Shown piece after piece: positions 1-26,668 of a DNA stretch of 64,000 nucleotides; within the stretch, counting starts at the first letter, position 1; every line of letters starts with the position of its first letter. Source of the DNA: Macrostomum hystrix (Eukaryota > Animalia > Platyhelminthes); contig CATNEN010000038.1 of the NCBI GenBank assembly GCA_950097015.1, positions 23,188,001 through 23,252,000 of the forward strand. The letters are read 5' to 3'. Made by a program: the position numbers and the translations under genes. A model generated the notes under the pieces. It did no database searches and had not been told where the DNA came from. It was given only the letters and a program-made list of their open reading frames with translations.

Positions 1-733
1 GAGTGTGGAGAAATTACAGACTGGATAGATTAGAGACGGGATAGATTAGAGACGGGATAGATTAGAGACTGGATAGATTAGAGACGGGATAGATTAGAGA
101 CTGGATAGATTAGAGACGGGATAGATTAGAGAATGTAGAGATTTCAGAGTGGAGAGATTAGAGAGTAGAGAGAGTGGAGAGATTAGAGAATGTAGAGATT
201 TCAGAGTGGAGAGATTAGAGAGTAGAGAGAGTGGAGAGATTAGAGAGTAGAGAGATTAGAGAGTGGAGAGATTAGAGAGTGGAGAGATTAGAGAGTAGAG
301 AGATTAGAGAGTGGAGAGATTAGAGACTGGAGAGATTAGAGAGTGGAGAGATTAGAGAGTGGAGAGATTAGAGAGTGGAGAGATTAGAGACTGGAGAGAT
401 TAGAGAGTGGAGAGATTAGAGACTGGAGAGATTAGAGAGTGGAGAGATTAGAGACTGGAGAGATTAGAGACTGGAGAGATTAGAGAGTGGAGAGATTAGA
501 GACTGGAGAGATTAGAGAGTGGAGAGATTAGAGAGTGGAGAGATTAGAGAGTGGAGAGATTAGAGACTGGAGAGATTAGAGAGTGGAGAGATTAGAGAGT
601 GGAGAGATTAGAGACTGGAGAGATTAGAGAGTGGAGAGATTAGAGAGTGGAGAGATTAGAGAGTGGAGAGATTAGAGAGTGGAGAGATTAGAGACTGGAG
701 AGATTAGAGAGTGGAGAGATTAGAGAGTGGAGA
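1..733. repeat. Intergenic 16-bp minisatellite (GAGAGATTAGAGAGTG)n
   Basis: Directly visible tandem array with variant units. Confidence 0.95.
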
Positions 734-1158
734 GAGCAAGAGCAGGAAAAATTGAAACCCGGTAAACAATTTCACAGATTCGGCAACTAACTTTGTTTCC
801 GAATTGAGTGGAAAAATTCAAAGCAAGGTGCCTAGATGAGACAAATTTGAGTTGAAAACTGGAACAAAAACTAAAGAGTTAAATTTCTGCTTTTGACGTT
901 ATCTTATCAACAGAACTGACTTTCTAGCCAGTTTAGTCGAGAATTTCTTGGCTTTCTTAAGAATCCGAGCTCATTTATCTGAAGCCACTCTTAGATTGCT
1001 GAGTCTGCAGTCCATGACACCAAATAAAGCATAGAAAAAAACAGCACATGATCTGTTTCAGCTGATATAGTTTGGTAGATCTTTTTCGACTATCGTGCTC
1101 AAATTTTAATCGTCTGCTGCTTAGAAGCTTTTGCAGAAGTGGTTTGCACATTTAGAAA

Positions 1159-15799
<14,641 letters not shown>

Positions 15800-15878
15800 T
15801 CACCCAATGCGAAGCTCTTGTGACGTCACTGATCAAAAAACTTTTGGTTTTTTTCAGACGAAAAGTGTCAATCAAAAG

Positions 15879-15893
15879 AAATAAATAAATAAA
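15879..15893 (+). promoter_or_regulatory. Polyadenylation signal cluster (overlapping AATAAA) of the protease gene
   Basis: AAATAAATAAATAAA about 80 nt after the stop codon. Confidence 0.6.
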
Positions 15894-16020
15894 CATTTAT
15901 CTGAATAACCTACGACGCAAATCACTTAGAGTGTGCGACATTTTTAATCGATCTAAACTTTATCTTTTTGTAAAAAACATTGGTCTTACTCTCGCTCTCT
16001 GCATAAATGATGCAACAATG

Positions 16021-16287
16021 TTATTGAAATGATTCAGCAGTTTAACAGTACACGGAAGTATTTCGAATTCTCCGAATATCTCGGTTCATCGCAAAGGGCG
16101 GAAAATATTGATCCGTATGATGGACTTTTAATAAAATCGGTCATTCGGTTTCGGAGGCATCGTGAAGTAGGCTGTGGTCATTTGAAATACCCCAGTGGTA
16201 TTTCCCCAGGGTGGGGGATAGTGTGATATTTCTACTGTTAAAAGGACAGCAGTGTGCAATGAGATTATTGAAATGATTCAGCAGTTT
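16021..16287. mobile_element. ~220-bp interspersed element fragment flanked by 23-bp direct repeats
   Basis: TTATTGAAATGATTCAGCAGTTT at 16021-16043 and 16265-16287. The interior (AAAGGGCGGAAAAT.TTGATCCG...GGACTTT...GTCATTCGGTTT) matches 31445-31525. Confidence 0.6.
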
Positions 16288-16323
16288 CACCGATAACGTT
16301 AATTCGGTAAACGATTAACGAAT

Positions 16324-19001
16324 TCAATCAAGATCGGGTTCAGACAACTGATGCAACTGATGATCCACGACTTCGCTGGTGTCGGCGTCAGTTCGGCTGC
16401 TGAGGTTGAGGCTGCTCGCGATGATATTCAAAATTTGGTGCTTCTGCGAGCTCAGAAAGGCGCTGATGACTTCGTCTCCAAACTGCTCGCGCAGGTCTTG
16501 AATCAAAGGCAACGGGTTGTTTGAACGAAGTGCCTTGGCCAGAGCGTCAAAGTTGAGCAGCCAGATGCCGTACCGAATCAGCGGCTGCATGACCAGTCTG
16601 ATACTCTCTGGCAGGAATCCAAAGTCGGGCTGTTGATCGAAGCCCAAGTAGAAGGCGAATCTCCACAATGAGTCGTGGCTCTCCACGTATTCGCGAACTA
16701 ACTCTTTCGCGCAGTTCACTGAAGTCTCACCAGCGGGAAGAATGCTGAGTGGAATTCCAGTGCTCACACTGGAGCTCTCACTGAGGCAGCTCACAGCCAC
16801 CTCCCAACTCTCCCCCATTTTAAGACGCGTCATTGCTTCCAGACACTCCCTGGCAGTTTTCGCGTGGTCTGGAAGCTTGTGGACCAGCTGCATCAGCTCC
16901 GTCTCGCGACTGAGTCTCTCGTTCCGAGGCAACGGGTCGCAGAGCTTCTTGAGGATGAGCTTCACCAGGTTGTAGGTTTGGTGATACTGGACCTGGCCCT
17001 CCGGAATCTCGTAGAAACTGGAAACGGGAAACTTGGACCACAGAAAAATCTGCAGGCCAGGGTGGAAGATGATTTTGTTCACGGGTCCGGACTTCAGCTT
17101 GCTCTTGAACTCCTGCAGAAGCTGCGGCAGCTCTTTGATGACCACCTCAATGCACTTCTTGATCGTCTCTTTTGGGTCTTGGTCGCTCTTAAAGTACACA
17201 ATCGCGTCACGCAGGAAGAAGTGACTCATGCAAGCATTCTCACCTGCTGAGTTGGTTATCATCTGAATAAGCAGCTTCAGTGCCTGTTCTGTCAGACTCA
17301 TGAGGTTGCAGGGCTTCCACTCATTCTTCTGCGTTCTGTCCAGCATGAAGAACAGCAAGTTCTTGACAATGTACGTCTTCAGTCCTTTCACCCGACTGCT
17401 CAACACTTTCTTGACGATGTACTTAAGCAGAATAAACAGCTGTCCTTGGGCTGTGGTGAGATTGTGCATGACGGTTCTCTCAAGCACGGTGGTGCTTACT
17501 CGCATGCTGTTCTCCACTCCCGGACATGCTGCCGTCACCACGTGGCAGAGTTGTATGTCTGCCACTACCTGATTCAGAGCATCCATAATATGGGACGCCA
17601 ATTGAGTTTCGTATCCCGGTTCGAGGATCTTGATAGGCGGATAGCAACAGCACTTGACAGCGCCAATGAAATCTACAGCAGCCATGCTGAGAAAGCTAGG
17701 GAAAGTTGCGTTGGGCCCAGATGCTGAAAAACAGACACAAAACAGTTATTATGAACTACTGATTTATATACTATTTTGCTAAATAACTTTTACTGACCAT
17801 CGATTCGGCAGCAAGCGTGCCCATTGTCGTAACGGACCCGGAGGTCTTGGCACCCGGAGCGAGTGCAATACTCTTGAAGACACAGATTATTTCTCCAGTC
17901 AATGAAAACATAGTCAATGTCGGAGTCGTCATCGATGTTGCCATCAAGGCCAGTCAGGCAGCTGCCCCAGCCGTCAGCGTAGCTGCCAAAGATGAACATG
18001 AAATCGTTGCCCTGAATAATCCTGGTGAAGTCTTGCATAAGATCAACAGCTCCGCTGAGCACAAGAGCGTTGCGTGAGTTAAAGCCAGCCAGCTTCATCG
18101 AGTTCGACAGCGACTCGCTGAAGTCTTTGAAATCGTCAATGACTGAACGAACTTCACAAGGCCGAACTACTTTGATTGTGTCAGAACTATTTACATCTGT
18201 TAGGAGGGAATATCCGGCTTGCTTTAGAAGCTGCAGCACACCATAGAAGCCCTTTTTCTTTGCTAAGGCCACAGTTACTGCCAGCAGTGAGTCATTGTGG
18301 TTCATACTGACTCCAGCTCTCAGGAGCATGCTGCACGACTTGTCGTCTCCGCTCAAGATGCTCATGTGCAAAGCGTTGATTCCGTCTGCCAAATTGACAT
18401 CAGCTCCAGCGATAAGCAGCTTTTTGAGTATGGCGGGTCTCTTTAGAAAGGCAGCCAAAGTCAGCGGTGTTACTTTTTTCAGTTCCGAGCTGATTTGCGC
18501 ATCGACGTTTGCAATAGCACCGATCAGCAAGTCCACACTGGCTTCTCGACCATAGAACACTGATAGGTGAAGCGGCGACATGGCGAAATCGCCGCGTACG
18601 TTGACATCCGCGCCGGCCAGGATCAGCAGCCGGGCGAAGTCGAGGCGTCCCTTTTCAATGGCTGTGTGCAGCGGTGCGAAGCCGCGTCGTGTTACAAGTT
18701 CGGGATCGGCACCAGAATTGATCAGCAGGCTCACAATATCAAAATGTCCGCTGTCTAAGGCCCAGTGAAACGGTGCTGTCCCGTAGGCATCGGGCAGGTT
18801 GACGTCGGCGCCAGCTCTGATTAACATCCGAGCGGCAGCGATAGATCCATGCCAGCAGGCAAAGTGTAGTGCACTACGCCCTTCGGCATTAGTCTCATCC
18901 GGATCTGATCCTGTCTTCAACTGCTGTTTGACAGCTTGAAAGTCGCCACGTCGGGCTAACTCTGGCAGACTGTCAAGCCTAGCTGCTGCTGCCGCTGCCA
19001 T
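16324..19001 (-). CDS. Ankyrin-repeat plus Mab-21/cGAS-like nucleotidyltransferase (cGLR-type) fusion protein, 867 aa, 2 exons (19001-17798, 17723-16324)
   Basis: About 7-8 ANK repeats (GRSALHFACWHG, GTAPFHWALDSG, GFAPLHTAIEKG, MSPLHLSVFYG, VTPLTLAAFL, GINALHMSILSG). NTase motif FIFGSYADG...SDIDY. A 74-nt phase-1 GTCAGT..TTTTCAG intron joins the two ORFs in frame. Then VDFIGAVKC, CHVV, MRVSTTVLE..L...Q..FILLKYI and GLKTYIVKNLLFFML...EW, matching the Mab-21 consensus D(L/F)VxAxxC, WRxSFSxxE and SYxLKTxLFW. Confidence 0.88.
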
Positions 19002-19574
19002 TAATTTTAAATCGCTTGGAATAGAACGTAGTTGATTCTACAGTTTGAATATTAGGCGACGTGACGAAAGTTGCCCATTGCTTTATGCACAATGCTTTAT
19101 GTCAGCAATGAACAGAGACAGGGCAAGGCATATAATCATGTGTAAACAGAGCACACAGCGAATAAACACCACGGCATACAAAAGACTGTGCAGCAACCTC
19201 ATGACACCGAGCAGACAGTGCAGTCTAACGGAAATAGCTTGCAGTTGAATAATATCGGCCACCTGATTTATATAGGTCAGTAAAGTGTAGAAAACCAGAG
19301 CCAGCGCCGGAGCGCCAGAGTATATTTGTTTTCATTGTAAATATTTAGGTAATTTTACAAACTTGTAGTTTTAAGCAAAAGAAATCGACCATCTATTTTT
19401 TGTGCGAATAAAAATGTAGCATCATCAGCAATAGATTAACTTTGTTAGCAAGAGGTGCAAAAATTGTCGAAAATCGGTCAGAACAAATTTTGGAACACGT
19501 AAGCCAATTCAGGATGCAAAACATTTTGGAACTTTGCACAAAAGTTCGGCACCCATACACACGGACTCTAAGAC

Positions 19575-20640
19575 AGGAGAGAGAACAGACAGGGGAGATG
19601 AGACAGGAGAGAGATCAAACAGGGGAGATGAGACAGGAGAGAGATCAGACGGGAGAGATAAGATACGAGAGGTGAGACAGAGGAGAGAAAACACAGTGGA
19701 TATGAGACAGGGAAAATCAGTCAGGTGAGAGATCAGACAGGGGAGAGATCAGACAGGGGAGAGATCAGACAGGGGAGAGATAAGACAGGGGAGAGATAAG
19801 ACAGGGGAGAGATAAGACAGGGGAGAGATAAGACAGGGGAGAGATAAGTCAGGGGAGAGATAAGACAGGGGAGAGATAAGACATGGGAGAGATCAGACAG
19901 GGGAGAGATAAGTCAGGGGAGAGATCAGACATGGGAGAGATCAGACAGGGGAGAGATAAGACAGGGGAGAGATAAGACAGGGAAGAGATAAGTCAGGGGA
20001 GAGATAAGATACGAGAGGTGAGACAGAGGAGAGAAAACACAGTGGATATGAGACAGGGAAAATCAGTCAGGTGAGAGATCAGACAGGGGAGAGATCAGAC
20101 AGGGGAGAGATAAGACAGGGGAGAGATAAGACAGGGGAGAGATAAGACAGGGGAGAGATCAGACAGGGGAGAGATCAGATGGGAGAGATCAGACAGGGGA
20201 GAGATCAGACAAGGGAGAGATCAGATGGGAGAGATCAGACAGGGGAGAGATCAGACAGGGGAGAGATCAGATGGGAGAGATAAGACAAGGGAGAGATAAG
20301 ACAGGGGAGAGATAAGTCAGGGGAGAGATCAGACAGGGGAGAGATAAGACAGGGGAGAGATAAGACAGGGGAGAGATAAGTCAGGGGAGAGATAAGACAG
20401 GGGAGAGATAAGACATGGGAGAGATCAGACAGGGGAGAGATAAGACAGGGGAGAGATCAGACAGGGGAGAGATCAGACAGGGGAGAAATAAGACAGGGGA
20501 GAGATCAGACAGGGGAGAGATCAGACAGGGGAGAGATCAGATGGGAGAGATCAGACAGGGGAGAGATCAGACAAGGGAGAGATCAGATGGGAGAGATCAG
20601 ACAGGGGAGAGATCAGATGGGAGAGATAAGACAGAGGGAG
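19575..20640. repeat. Intergenic 16-bp minisatellite (GAGAGATMAGACAGGG)n
   Basis: Visible array; reverse complement of the family at 53350-54075. Confidence 0.95.
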
Positions 20641-22727
20641 ACGAGACACCTATAAGAGTCATGCATGTTCTCGGAGATCAGGACATGAGCTTGTAAACAT
20701 CTGAGAGCCAAGTCAAAATACGAGGGTAAATAGAGAGACACGAAAGCACATAAACTGTGGAAAGAAACTGAAAATGGTGGCTTTATACGACTAAGCGAAA
20801 AACGTGGCAATAGATCACAACAAAAACATAAAGGTGAATTATAAAACAACTGAAATTTCTTTTTTCCTGTCCGACAACAAGAAATATTTCATAAATAGCG
20901 GATAGTTGAAAATACAACACAGACTGTTATGCATAGACAAGAATAAAACACAGAAATGTAAAAAAATAGAAAAACAAAAAAGACAGAAACAGCTTGTAGA
21001 AACAGAAATCACAACGTGGATGTACTTTTATAATACTTCACTTTTTTAATTTTTAAAGGAATGATTAGTTCTCTATAAGAGAGCTGTTGTTTTTTTCTGT
21101 GGTCGGAATGGCTTAATAATTTTGTTACATAATTATTAATTCCAGAATCACCAAACACAAATGGCATGAAAGTAATTCTAATTAAAGAGAAAAACATACG
21201 AAAGAAAACTCGAAGCAATGCCTCTTACCCGAGAGAAAACTGGTGGAATTAAAATGATTTCTAATTCACATAAATTTCCTAACCATTGTTATGTCTCAAA
21301 TATATGGTAGATTAAAAAGAAAAGAAACATTTGAAGAAACAAGTAAAAAACAGAAAATGCAAACATCATTATCTTAGCCGTGTCGATCTGTTTTTTTGTT
21401 AATAAATTCAATTTAGTAAAACAAAACAAATGAAATTTTTTGTGCAAAAAAAGATAATTGAAATGACTTGATTTGTGCAATATTGGATCACAGGCACTGA
21501 TATTAATAGTGTAAAAACGGTTCTGGTTTTAATTCAAATTTGAAATTTAAAAAAAATTTGTTTAAAAGTGCGAATCATAAACATTCTTGGAAAACATTAT
21601 GCCACACAAAAATATTCTGAACGACACAAATTATGACGATAGACTGGTCATTAACAGGTAATGTTTTAAAGATTTAACACAAAAAACATAAAATATAGTA
21701 CCGCTACCTTTTAGGTTAATGCATAGCCTTCAGTAAAACTTGTGAATTTGGTCACTTCAACACTTTGACTCTAAAATTTCTTTAAATAACACTTAAAATC
21801 CTAATTAATCCTAATTGAAATCGGCCCTCAAATCCTAGTTGAAAGTCAAGCTTGACTGCAATTTTAAACCCCATTTGAAATATAAATTTCCATATCCCAT
21901 TTGAAACTCAAACTAATATCCCCATCTATAATCCTACTCAAAATCCCATTAAAAATGCCACTTAAAATCCTATTTCCCTGTAAAAAATTCGACTGCTTCT
22001 TCGGCGGGTTTTTTGTGCAAAATAGGAGTGGAATCTACCAAAATACCCCCTATCTCGCAAGAGTTAAAGAAACCACCCAGGAAGCAGCCGATGTAACCGT
22101 AAATTGTGCGGAAACCGCCGAAGAATCACCCGAACCAGTGGCCCATGGGACAACCAGAGAATTATTTACGGGCGATTCCTCGGCGGTTTCTGAGCATGGA
22201 ATCTTCCGAACTGGAGGATTCTTTGGGTGATTCCATTTCGCCACCAAGAAGCACCGAGAAAACGCCCAGTTGGGTAGATTCTAAGCATGGAATCATCCGA
22301 TTGGTCTGTTTCCAGCGTTCGGCTGTTTCTTTTTCTGGAAACACCGCAGATTCCAACTGGAATCACCCAAAGAAACATCCCTATTCTTAGCGGGCTGAGA
22401 GCACACCGAAAATGACACAAAAATCCCACCTACAACAAAAGTTTTAATGAAAGAAATTTCCAATCCAATTTTGAAACTAATATAAAATTCCTATCTAAAA
22501 TGCCTGTTAAAATTCAGTCAGAAATCTAAAAAAAAATCCGTAGTCAATAACAAATTTTTGATAAAAAAATTACATGCATGTTGATATTCCATAACACAAC
22601 TGCAGTTATCGAAGAAAAATGAAAATATAAAAGAAATTTTTTTCTAGAAATCAAACTGCGTGTTATCAATATAAATTGCAATAGTTAGCAATAGAGCTGT
22701 ATCACAGGATAAAAAGTTAAGTTCTCT

Positions 22728-22920
22728 TCATTGATTCTGAGCATGTTGGGCAGTCTTATACCTGACCTTGCCCTGAGCTACGCTGTAGGTATTCAGGCCC
22801 TCCGTAACAAGAGCCAATCGATCCGGTTCGTGATATTTTAAATAGTCGTCCAGGGTTACCCAACCGCCGCCGACGCGAACCATTTTTGTGTTGCGAAATA
22901 TTCTCACGGCTAGTTTTTGC

Positions 22921-22954
<34 letters not shown>

Positions 22955-25900
22955 TCTGTTTCTGTTCGGCAGATTTCTGTCGACCAGGACTGCTAGTCAA
23001 ATGCTGATCTGCCACCACCGAGGGTCGGCGCTGCTGCTGACGTTGCTGAATGCGTGTTTTAAAAAAAATGGCCGATTTTTTAGCAAGGCGGAAGAAAATG
23101 TATTTCTGATTTAAGATGTTAACTGGCTGTGGTGTAATTAAATTACAACAAGGGGCGGATTGGGTAAGAATGAGGGGCGGATTGGGTAAGAATGAGGGGC
23201 GGATTGGGTAAGAATGAGGGGCGCATTGGGTAAGAATGAGGGGCGGATTGGGTAAGAATGAGGGGCGCATTGGGTAAGAATGAGGGGCGGATTGGGTAAG
23301 AATGAGGGGCGGACTGGGTAAGAATGGGGCGGACTGGTTAAGAAAGAGGGGCGCATTGGGTAAGAATGGGGCGCATTGGGTAAGAATGGGGCGCATTGGG
23401 TAAGAATGTGGGGCGGATTGGGTAAGAATGGGGCGGATTGGGTAAGAATGAGTGGGGGATTGGGTAAGAATGAGTGGGGGATTGGGTAAGAATGAGGGGC
23501 GGATTGGGTAAGAATGAGGGGCGGATTTGGTAAGAATGGGGCGCATTGGGTCAGAATGAGGGGCGGATTGGGTAAGAATGAGGGGCGGATTGGGTAAGAA
23601 TGAGGGGCGGATTGGGTAAGAATGAGGGGCGGATTGGGTAAGAATGAGGGGCGGATTGGGTAAGAATGGGGCGGATGTAGGTAAAAAACGAGGGGCGAAA
23701 TTCTTAGCGGATTTTGTAAGCGGATTCTGCTAGAACGAGACGGGTTTTGTTTAAATTATGGGCGGACTTAGTGCGTAAAATATTAGAATTAGGAGTGGGT
23801 TGAGAATAATTTTTTAGCCCTGCTGATTTTACAATCTTTGTCTAATTAATAAATTCTATATTCAATCTAGAGAGTTGTAGCCTTGTGGTTGGAGCGTCCG
23901 ACTCACGACTTGAAGGTCGGGGGTTCGATTCCCGACTCCACTGGAACAATTTGTGTCCTTAAGACACTTAAAGTAAGACACTTAACTCTGCATTGCTTTA
24001 GTTCACTCAGCTGTTAAATGGGTACCAGCATTAGCTGGGGTAATTGAGGGTGGGTGTGGCGTCCCCCAGTCCATGGACTGAACAGCTGTACACAGCCTTC
24101 AGATGCGCCGCGCAAAAGCTGCGGCTGTGCTGTCGGCTGCACATCTGACCCAATTAGGGCAGGTGTAATTATTAAATTCTAGAATAAGCTCACAATGCCA
24201 GCACTGCTCGGCCTTTGTGGTTTCGCCTGCAGATTATGCTTCTGCTGCTGCTGCTTTGAATTCAGCTTTAACTGCTGCTGCTGCTGCTGCTTCTGTTGTA
24301 AAGGTTGCTTTCGTTGCTGTTGTGATCCAGAGTTCGTTATTTTAGCTGAACTATTAGACTTTGCAGCATTAGTTGGCTCAGCACTGACTGCACTACTAAC
24401 ATTAGTAACAGTAGTATCGGTAGGATTATTGCCATCTGCGCAATTCTCGCTAACGCTGCCACTATCGCCGTCGCAGAAGTCGTCTAATGAGGAAGATCTC
24501 TGCGTCCGATAGATATTGTCACCGTCTTCCGATGCCGACGAGGCCGATGAGAACTCCGAGGTTTGATTTGGCGTCGCAGTTGACGCAGCCGCAACCGAAT
24601 CGCTGCAGGTAGAGGAATTTGCCATAGACGATAGGCCGTCGATTTCGCGTTCCAATCGAACAATCTGAGGCGCCGGCAAGCCCAGATTCGGGCAGATGCG
24701 GGCCAGCTGCAGCAGGGTTAGAACCAGGTTCCGTTCTTCTCTGCGCTCAACTAAGCCGGAGGTTTCAAACAGCAGCACATCGTCCAGATGCTGGTCAGAG
24801 CGGCACCAGGCTAAGAATACTGAGATATTGTCGCGCGCTGGAAAACTGCCCGGCCTAGCCAGACTGTGAAAACGGCGCACAGCCTGCCCCGCCGCAGACT
24901 GCGGGAAGAAATTTAGTTAGGGGGCGGATGAAAAAGTGGATAGGGGCGGATGAAAGAGTGGATAGGGCGGATGAAAAAGCGGATAGGGCGGATGAAATAG
25001 TGGATAGGGGCGGATATAAGAGAGGATAGGGCGGATATAAAAGAGGATAGGGCGGATGAAAGAGAGGATAGGGCGGATGAAAGAGAGGATAGGGCGGATG
25101 AAAGAGTGGATAGGGCGGATGAAACAGAGGATAGGGCGGATGAAACAGAGGATAGGGCGGATGAAACAGAGGATAGGGCGGATGGAAGAGCGGATAGGGC
25201 GGATGAAAGAGTGGATACGGCGGATATAAGAGCGGACGGGGCGGATGAACGAGCGGATAGGGCGGATGAAACAGTGGATAGGGTGGATGAACGAGCGGAT
25301 AGGGCGGATGAAAGAGTGGATACGGCGGATATAAGAGCGGACGGGGCGGATGAACGAGCGGATAGGGCGGATGAAACAGTGGATAGGGTGGATGAACGAG
25401 CGGATAGGGTGGATGAACGAGCGGATAGGGCGGATGAAACAGTGGATAGGGTGGATGAACGAGCAGATAGGGCGGATGAAACAGTGGATAGGGTGGATGA
25501 ACGAGCGGATAGGGCGGATGAAACAGTGGATAGGGTGGATGAACGAGCAGATAGGGCGGATGAAACAGTGGATAGGGTGGATGAACGAGCAGATAGGGCG
25601 GATGAAACAGTGGATAGGGTGGATGAACGAGCGGATAGGGCGGATGAAACAGTGGATAGGGTGGATGAACGAGCAGATAGGGCGGATGAAAGAGTGGATA
25701 GGGGCGGACGAAAGAGCGGACAGGGCAGATGAAAGAGTGGATACGGCGTATATAAGAGCGGACGGGGCGGATGGAAGAGCGGACGAGGCGGATTAAAAAG
25801 GGGATAGCGCGGATTGGTGAAAGGCGGATGAGATGGCAGAAAATGGTTGCTAGACTGGGTAAACATGAGCGGCAAAAACTCACCTGCATCTTTTGCATCA

Positions 25901-26300
25901 AACGGCAGAGCAGTACACCATTCTCCAAGTAATCTAGATAGTTAACTGGGTCAATAGGAACACTCAGCTCTGGAATTGAAAAACAAGAGATGTTGGCTTT
26001 CACATTACATATCTAGTATTTTGCAATAGGAGAAAATATATTAAGAGAGAGCAAGGAAGGGAGAAGGAAGAGTCGTGGAAGGGAATTTGATGGTGACAAG
26101 GACGAAGCAGCAGAGGATCAAAAGACAGTATCCGTGAGATAAATGCACCCACCAAGTAGCTGACTGAGCCACTCGCACAGATCATCTCGGATAAGCTCTA
26201 GCGCTCTGTCCAGACACTGTTGAAATTTGCCATCAGATGGCGCGGACAAGGATTCGTCATCTGTAGGACGGAAATCTTCAACGCTGGCCGATGCTGTCAT
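22728..26300 (-). CDS. GAS2-family protein (calponin-homology domain plus degenerate GAR domain); exons 26300-26153, 25969-25884, 24898-24194, ~23045-22728
   Basis: CH: IRDDLCEWLSQLL..NYLDYLENGVLLCRL..GSFPARDNISVFLAWCR..VLLFETSGLVERREERNLVLTLLQLAR..APQIVRLEREID. GAR C-half: VRIFRNTKMVRVGGGWVTLDDYLKYHEP. Splice phases 1,0,0 are consistent; the exon 4 acceptor is uncertain. Confidence 0.9.
23150..23680. repeat. Intronic 22-bp minisatellite (GAGGGGCGGATTGGGTAAGAAT)n
   Basis: Visible tandem array. Confidence 0.95.
23872..24165 (+). mobile_element. SINE family A copy (tRNA head plus CORE-like domain)
   Basis: A-box TAGCCTTGTGG, B-box GGTTCGATTCC, then TGTGTCCTT..AAGACACTTAACTCTG..CAGCTGTTAAATGGG resembling the MIR/CORE domain. 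Second copy at 46910-47122; 3' fragments near 7067-7110 and 48998-49040. Confidence 0.8.
24920..25800. repeat. Intronic 21-bp minisatellite (GGATAGGGCGGATGAAACAGW)n
   Basis: Visible array; spurious HPPYPLF and DRADE ORFs. Confidence 0.95.
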
Positions 26301-26399
26301 GCTGTTTTACACTTGCCTGCTTGTCATTGACCGATACTCACAACTGGAAGTTTATATTGTTGTGAACTGAGTTATGCTCTTTTTTAATTGAGCTAGCAA

Positions 26400-26668
26400 T
26401 CATCTTAGGGTCATAGCTAGCTGTACATTTTGAGTCATCGATCATCTAAGAGTCATAGCTAGCTGATCATTTTGAGTCATCGATAATCTAAGAGTCATAG
26501 CTAGCTGATCATTTTTAGTCATCGATAATCTTAGAGTCATAGCTAGCTGATCATTTTGAGTCATCGATAATCTAAGAGTCATAGCTAGCTGATCATTTTG
26601 AGTCATCGATAATCTAAGAGTCATAGCTAGCTGATCATTTTGAGTCATCGATAATCTAAGAGTCATAC
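26400..26668. repeat. 42-bp tandem repeat, about 6 copies, upstream of the GAS2-like start
   Basis: GAGTCATAGCTAGCTGATCATTTTGAGTCATCGATAATCTAA repeated. Confidence 0.93.

Noticed and set aside
17790-19001. Stand-alone ankyrin protein separate from the 453-aa ORF
   Set aside because: Its stop lies inside a canonical 74-nt intron, and the NTase motifs are split across both ORFs and join in frame.
21990-22016. Rho-independent terminator-like hairpin plus T-run
   Set aside because: Eukaryotic context and weak stem; chance occurrence.
21980-22440. Short ORFs downstream of the GAS2-like gene
   Set aside because: Degenerate repeat-like sequence with no recognisable domain or consistent splice pattern.
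23872-23945. tRNA gene
   Set aside because: It has A/B boxes but continues into a SINE body repeated elsewhere, and has no clean cloverleaf or terminator.
24855-25875. HPPYPLF / DRADE repeat proteins
   Set aside because: 21-bp array inside GAS2-like intron 2, bounded by good splice sites.
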